A stretch of DNA of 64,000 nucleotides from Eledone cirrhosa (Eukaryota): NCBI GenBank assembly GCA_964016885.1, contig OZ024757.1, positions 29,326,001-29,390,000 of the forward strand, given 5' to 3'. Numbering within the stretch: the stretch's first letter is position 1; every line of letters begins with the position of its first letter. A program made the position numbers and the translations under genes. The notes beneath the pieces were generated by a model, which ran no database searches, was not told the origin of the DNA, and saw nothing but the letters and a program-made list of their open reading frames with translations. Positions 57,736 to 64,000 of the stretch are shown here, piece by piece.

Positions 57736-57778
57736 GTCACTGAAGAGGTCACAGAATGTGTGACGAAAGAACTTTGAC
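57736..57778 (+). ncRNA. Minimal type I hammerhead ribozyme
   Basis: GTCA-CTGAAGA-G-GTCAC AGAATGT GTGAC-GAAA-GAAC-TT-TGAC. Confidence 0.75.
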
Positions 57779-57998
57779 AATATATAAACAACTATCTGGT
57801 TGTGGAACCAACCAACCAACCAACCAGAAATTTATAAATTTATAAATTCCTAAATTTATAAATTTATTATAATAAATTGAAGTGAAACAACTGGTGCGTG
57901 TGTTTCTTATTGGCAACATGACCCTCCCAAAGTATAACAATATCGGTTTCAACACACGATTTCAGATAAAGCATCTTGCTAAACAAATTCAGAAACGA

Positions 57999-58033
<35 letters not shown>

Positions 58034-58247
58034 GCATGTGTATATGTATAAATAGTAATAGGAGTAAATATTTCTTAAAATATATTTAAATGAATTATTA
58101 AGAACCAAATGAAATAGAATAATTTTAGACTAATAACATAACCTATAGATAGATATGAAGTGAATTATATTGCCTGTGAAGTAACTATATTAAATATATA
58201 TATATATATTTACATGTATATATGTAGGTATTTAGGCATACACACAC

Positions 58248-58285
<38 letters not shown>

Positions 58286-58703
58286 CATATACACGTATCT
58301 ACGTTTCTGTCAGTAATATGTAGATAACTTATACAAATACATGGCGCTGTCATCAGCAGCTACAGAGAAAACAATCTATCAAAACCAGGTGAAATATACA
58401 ATATTTTAGAAGCAAAGTATACACACACACATATATACATATATATATATACATATTGAGCAATAAACCAAAAACTGCTAACTATATTGTACATAAGAAG
58501 TCTCGTACTTTTGAGCTGTATAGCTTCACGTATAATTGTTTCGTATTCGAAATCATATCATTTTTATACTATATATATATAATAGTTTACATATATATAT
58601 ACATACACATACATATACGTGTTTTGCAACTGGATATATATATATATATATACGTAGGTCCCGGGTTAAGTCGGGGATAACCGCAGTAAGTAAGGTACTC
58701 AAT

Positions 58704-58754
58704 GGCTTCCTGAAGATTTCATCTGAATGAAACAGTACTAGTCCTGTAGAAGCT
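58704..58754 (+). ncRNA. Type I hammerhead ribozyme
   Basis: GGCTTC-CTGAAGA-T(TTC ATCT GAA)T-GAAA-CAG TACTAGTC CTG-TA-GAAGCT; 6-bp stem I; GUA site. Confidence 0.75.
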
Positions 58755-58764
58755 CCTTCTATAA

Positions 58765-58813
<49 letters not shown>

Positions 58814-58856
58814 TGCATGTATACAATCATACAGATACATGAAGACACACACACAC

Positions 58857-58893
<37 letters not shown>

Positions 58894-59007
58894 CACAAAT
58901 ACACAAACATATACAAATATATATATATATATATATATATACACAAATACACACACATATGCAAATATATACACATATATACACAAATACATCCACAAAC
59001 ACACACC

Positions 59008-59080
<73 letters not shown>

Positions 59081-59393
59081 GTGTTAGACAATATTCAATG
59101 AGTATGTCAAAGAATGAGTTTTACAGTAGATTGGAAGCACTCTACATAAAAAAAAAAAAAAGATTTTCCGGAGTTATTAATATTAAAATATAAATATTAA
59201 TAAAATAGATGTTCTTTTGATCAATTACATTTTATTATACATATTTCGGGTCTACAACAGTACGTCCTCACCAGTACTGTTGTACACCCGAAATATGTAT
59301 AAATATATGTATAAATATATGTATATATATATATGTATATATATGTATATATATATATGTATATATATGTATACATATATGTATATGTATATG

Positions 59394-59424
<31 letters not shown>

Positions 59425-59778
59425 GTATACATATATGTATACATATATGTATAAATATATGTATACATATATGTATAAATATATGTATACATATATGTAT
59501 AAATATATGTATATATATACATATGTATACATATATGTATACGTGTATATATGTATATATATATATGTATATATATGTATATATATATATAGTATAAAAG
59601 AGAAAATACAGGTAAGCATGCTTACCTGTGTTTTCTCTTTTATACTTTATACTCCAAGATTGAACGGAATTCTTACAAACTTGTGGAGTTACCCCTAAAG
59701 GTACGTTGAAACCATCCATGAAACTGTCTTTCTTAACCAAGAACTGGATCACAATAAGCCATTTTTTGCTTCTCTAAC

Positions 59779-59813
<35 letters not shown>

Positions 59814-60024
59814 ATATGTATATATATATATATATATATATACATATATATGTATATATATACATATATATATACATATATATGTATATATATACATATA
59901 TATATACATATATATGTATATATATACATATATATACATATATATGTATATACATTATGAAGAGAGAAGAAACATTTAGATATAATTAGTAATAAAATGT
60001 ATCATACCTAAACTGCTTCTAAAT

Positions 60025-60112
60025 TCCTCGACTACGTAGTTTCGTGGCATAAACAAAAACAATATATCATAAAGACAGAGTCCTTGTCAGGTCTGCCGAC
60101 TTATCAAGAGGA
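60025..60112 (-). ncRNA. Type I hammerhead ribozyme with U3:A8 core variant
   Basis: Minus strand reads TCCTC-TTGATAA-GT(C)GGCA...TGCCAC-GAAA-CTACGTAG-TC-GAGGA. Stem I is a perfect 5 bp, stem III is palindromic, and the site is GUC. Confidence 0.8.
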
Positions 60113-61282
60113 TACCTCATTTTACTAGTCTCAAGAACGCGTCTACACGACGTGAGAAAGAATCCCAAAAGGCGGAGGGGGAGATAGTCACGCGATATAA
60201 CGGTCGAGAAACAGAGCTAAGCCTCTTATAACCCCGAAGAAAATACCACGGAGGCGGAGGGGGTATTTATATCGATGCCGTAGAAGAGGTGGTGAAGGAG
60301 GCGAGAAGTATGAGTAATGGTAGCTTTCCAGCTGTCCCCACACTTCAAAGATTGCTCGACCAGAGGGAGTTATTAACAATATATTTAGAAACACACAGAT
60401 ACATGCGGACACACACATATATACATGAATGCATCCGCACATATATATGTATATATATATATATGTATATATACATATGTATATATATACATATATATAC
60501 ATATATATGTATATATATATATATATGTTATTCAACCGAGAACAAATAGCCTGTGAAAAAGCGAAATCCACCTCGTACTTTCGTACAAACCGTCCAGAGG
60601 TAACACAATTTATATATGATAATTCGTAGAAATCATACACACCTTAATACTGAATGTCCCCCATCGCTAAAAATTATATATTAATCTGCTTAATAAAATC
60701 ACATTCTCTCCGTTCTATGTTATTACATGTGTGTGTTTGGATTGCTCAACCAATCATAAATAGCATTATCAAGAAATCATCCAATGGCAATAACCGTATT
60801 ATGTATAGTTGATGATCGATATTTTGGCGTATATGAATTATTATAAATAAACTGTGTTACTCCCAGATGCGTTGCATGGAAATAAAATAAAAACTTAAGA
60901 TTATAAATGGCCTATCTCCTATGGCCAAACAATAAAATATATTCAAATATAACTTTATTATATCTATACGCCTCAACGGGATCGCAAAATACGACTCATA
61001 AATATTTAGTTGGAAATGCAGAATTTATATCGTTCCTGATGTAGTGGAGATTATCTGCTGTGCTGTGCATCAACAAGTATAAACTCAATCATAGTTTTAG
61101 GTTTAGCTACAAATACTAATATTTCTAACAAGATGCCATGAATGTATGTTTAAGAACTATCCACCGAGGACGGATCCTAGTTGAAAACGTTTTTATTTGC
61201 TTTTTAAAAATTAATCCATCTTCAAGTAACACAAAGACAAAGTGTATATAGATCGTGTTTTTTGTATTATATATATAGTCTA

Positions 61283-61323
61283 TCAAAGTTCTTTCGTCAT
61301 ACATCTGCGACATCATCAGTTGT
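61283..61323 (-). ncRNA. Degenerate hammerhead, same family as 57736
   Basis: Minus strand reads CAA-CTGATGA-T-GTCG...TGAC-GAAA-GAAC-TT-TGA; stem I is weakened. Confidence 0.55.
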
Positions 61324-61837
61324 ACTATTGTTTCCTCCCATTGTATTATAAAGTCTACACCATTTTTATTTTATTTATTTATTTACTTCTTTTCTCTGTC
61401 TCTGCGCATACTATTGCATATAATATTGTGTTGTATTAGATTGCATGGGAGAACCGTTCAAATAATAATTATCAATAAACGGATTATGTAACGTCAGCAT
61501 CTTTCTTAATGTTATTCTTATATATATATATTGGAAAATGTGTGATATCCTTGGTACAATTAAGTATATTTAAAAAAGGGAAATGAATGTCTTCACTTGT
61601 AAATCTAAACAATTTAATTTAATTTTTTAATATTATGATTTTACAATTTGGTTTTGTAAAATCATAATATAATAAAATTAAATTAAATTGTTTAGAACTA
61701 CAAGTAAAGACATTCTTTTCCTTTTTTTTAAATATATATATACATAAATACAGTGAAATTGATGAAGATTTGAAACAGATGTTTTACGTATATACATACA
61801 AATTTACATCACACACACATACACACATATATATATA

Positions 61838-62162
61838 CATCTTCTTCGCCCATGTATTCCTGAGAAGGTCGGGGGGGGGGGAAGAGTCTCCAAACAGTCG
61901 TTCCATCGGGTCCTGTCAGAAGCAACCATCTCCAACTAATACTGCTGGATCCCCAGGCGAGACCAGTCAAGCTCATGAATGTTATCCAACCATCTTGGTC
62001 GTGGTCTAGCCCCGGGTCTCCAGCTGGTTGGTTTTGCCCGTAAAATCTAACCAGCGATTCTTCCTTTGACATTCTAACCACATGCCCAATGTATCGGAGC
62101 TGTGATCTTTCAATTCGCTGGAGTAATCCCTTTACCTGGAGTGACTGTCTGATCTCGGAGCA
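61838..62162 (-). mobile_element. RTE LINE 3' end (Expander/Rex3-like)
   Basis: SEIRQSLQVKGLLQRIERSQLRYIGHVVRM ... RPRPRWLDNI ... ASDRTRW ... LPP.RP, with frameshift and stops. Confidence 0.8.
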
Positions 62163-62519
62163 ACTATATATATGTGGTATGTGTGTGAGCGCGTTTATAC
62201 GTATTTATGTGTGTATATTTCTATACGTTTATATAATTATATGTAAACACGCATACTCACGCACACATAAAAATATATATAAAACAATATATATATATGT
62301 GTATTTGGTGTATACGTTCGTACGCGTGCGGGTACAGGCGTCGCGCGGGGGTCTGTATGTGCGTGCGTGTTTTTTTTTCTGTGTACGTGCTTGTTTTGGC
62401 ATACTCATTGCGGGTGTTTTCGCATATGCTTGTGTATGTACGTATATGGTTGCGTGCATGTATATATTTAATTTCAATTACCTCTGTAATTTATTTACTT
62501 TATTCTTAACTCTGAAGCC

Positions 62520-63020
62520 GGGAATCATTCGGTTTCCTAATAGAATTTTAGTCTACGACTTCATTTATACCATGAACGTGGTTTTGTCTTTGCGTGTAAT
62601 TGTTTTCAACGCTCCATATTATGACGTATTATCTTTGTCTTTATCGGGGTCGATAAAATACGGGGTCGATAAAATAAAGTACCAGTAATGCACTGGGTAA
62701 TTGCTGGCCTTGTGCCTAAAGTAGAAACAATTATCTTTGTCTTTATCCGTTCTTTGCCAGGGAACGTTTCCACGAACCAAAGTATCGTCTTCCTGTCTTC
62801 CTTCGGCTGCAACGTTTTTTGAAATATTTACTTCTGAGTTCACAGATTGATTTTTTTAGTTTCAGGAGATCCCGTTAAGGGTGAAAGCAGCGATTCTTTG
62901 CTTAAACTTTAATCTGTTATTTTAATAAATATTTGCTCTACGGTTCTTATATATTTGATATATATTTATCCTTATCGAGCCATCTTTGGATTTTAGTCTT
63001 CAAATTTATTATTATTATTA
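62520..63020 (+). mobile_element. Longer copy of the 19301 family, interrupted by a SINE
   Basis: Reverse complement of 19301-19585 plus the 3' tail. Hammerhead-like fold at 62858-62908. Confidence 0.75.
62646..62729 (+). mobile_element. 5'-truncated SINE with 18-bp TSD
   Basis: TSD ATTATCTTTGTCTTTATC at 62628-62645 and 62730-62747. Confidence 0.85.
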
Positions 63021-63021
63021 C

Positions 63022-63059
<38 letters not shown>

Positions 63060-63781
63060 TATATACACACACACACACACATATATATACACACACATAT
63101 ATATATATATATATACATACATACATATAGCTCTTCTTTTCTCCTTTTTTCTGTCTTTTTCTCTTTTCCTACCAGGAGAAATCTAACTATAACTTATATG
63201 TATTGTTCTGTTGCGCCTCTTCATGTTTTGATTTAAAATTCCGTCAAGGTCAATTTTGGTTTTTATCCTTTCGTGAGATTAGAAAATTAAATTTGAGTTA
63301 AGTAATGCAGTCGAGTTAGACGGCCTATGCTTAAATTATGTTTATTGTGGTTTCTTTAGCTGTTACTGTCAATTACTTCCATTTTCTATGTCAGTAAATA
63401 TATCATCGAAGAATTGATCACTTATTGATTTTTATTCTATCTTGACGAGTATATAACCTAAGTTATGGTTGTTATTTAACCCAAAGTTCTCGTATATCAA
63501 TCAGACCCTGTGATCAAAGGCATACCAGTAATATATTGGATTATACCAGGGTGTATCAATATTGATTTGTAACTTAGATATAAGGACATCACATTTTTGA
63601 GACGATATGATAACTCCTAATTGTCTTAATGTAGATAAAGCAATAATCTATTTTATATCATATTAAAAATAGTACAAACACTAGATATAAACGTAGTATA
63701 ATAGAAATAAATATAATAAATTAACAAAAGCCATTAATATATATCAAATGATTAGAAGGTGAACAACACAAAATATAACTA

Positions 63782-63849
63782 CTCCATTACCAAAGGTTTC
63801 TGGATATCAGGCAATATTAATTTACGTCTGCATTGGTCATCAGACAGAG
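63782..63849 (-). ncRNA. Hammerhead-like fold in a fold-back
   Basis: Minus strand reads CTCTGT-CTGATGA-(poorly closed stem II)-GAAA-CC TTT GG-TA-ATGGAG. Confidence 0.5.
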
Positions 63850-64000
63850 ATGTTATGTGACATCTCTGACGTATATTAATATTGTCTGGGATCCAGTAAC
63901 CATTGATAATGGAGTATTTATGTTTTGTGTTGTTCACTTTCTAATTAAATAGCTGTGATCTATACATAAAGCACTCTTTTTTCCTTTGCTTTTACTTTGG

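Noticed and set aside
58295-58362. Minus-strand CTGATGA...GAAACGTA
   Set aside because: Stem I does not pair and stem II is out of register.

Overview
This is a repeat-dominated, AT-rich eukaryotic (animal) window. The SINE, LINE and microsatellite landscape resembles an octopus or other coleoid cephalopod genome (inference). No host protein-coding exon could be supported, and almost all ORF-track entries are translations of microsatellites. The single real long ORF (19863/19893-22289) is an apparently intact Penelope-like retroelement of Naiad type: RT, a Cys linker and a C-terminal GIY-YIG endonuclease. It sits in (TA)n and ends in a minimal type I hammerhead ribozyme (23083-23153). Reading both strands shows more than a dozen further hammerhead or hammerhead-like folds from several short microsatellite-embedded families. 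Among them are cores with a compensatory U3:A8 pair (UUGAUAA) and a recurrent U4A core. Other elements: a ~605-bp non-autonomous element in (TATG)n with a possible HDV-like 5' fold, stacked REL-endonuclease LINE 3' ends in (TACA)n, Tx1 remnants in (GATA)n, RTE and CR1-like fragments, a mariner pseudogene, MITEs, many tRNA-SINEs, and numerous fold-back palindromes. A 200-N assembly gap lies at 28333-28532. All RNA folds were paired by eye and need covariance-model and biochemical confirmation.
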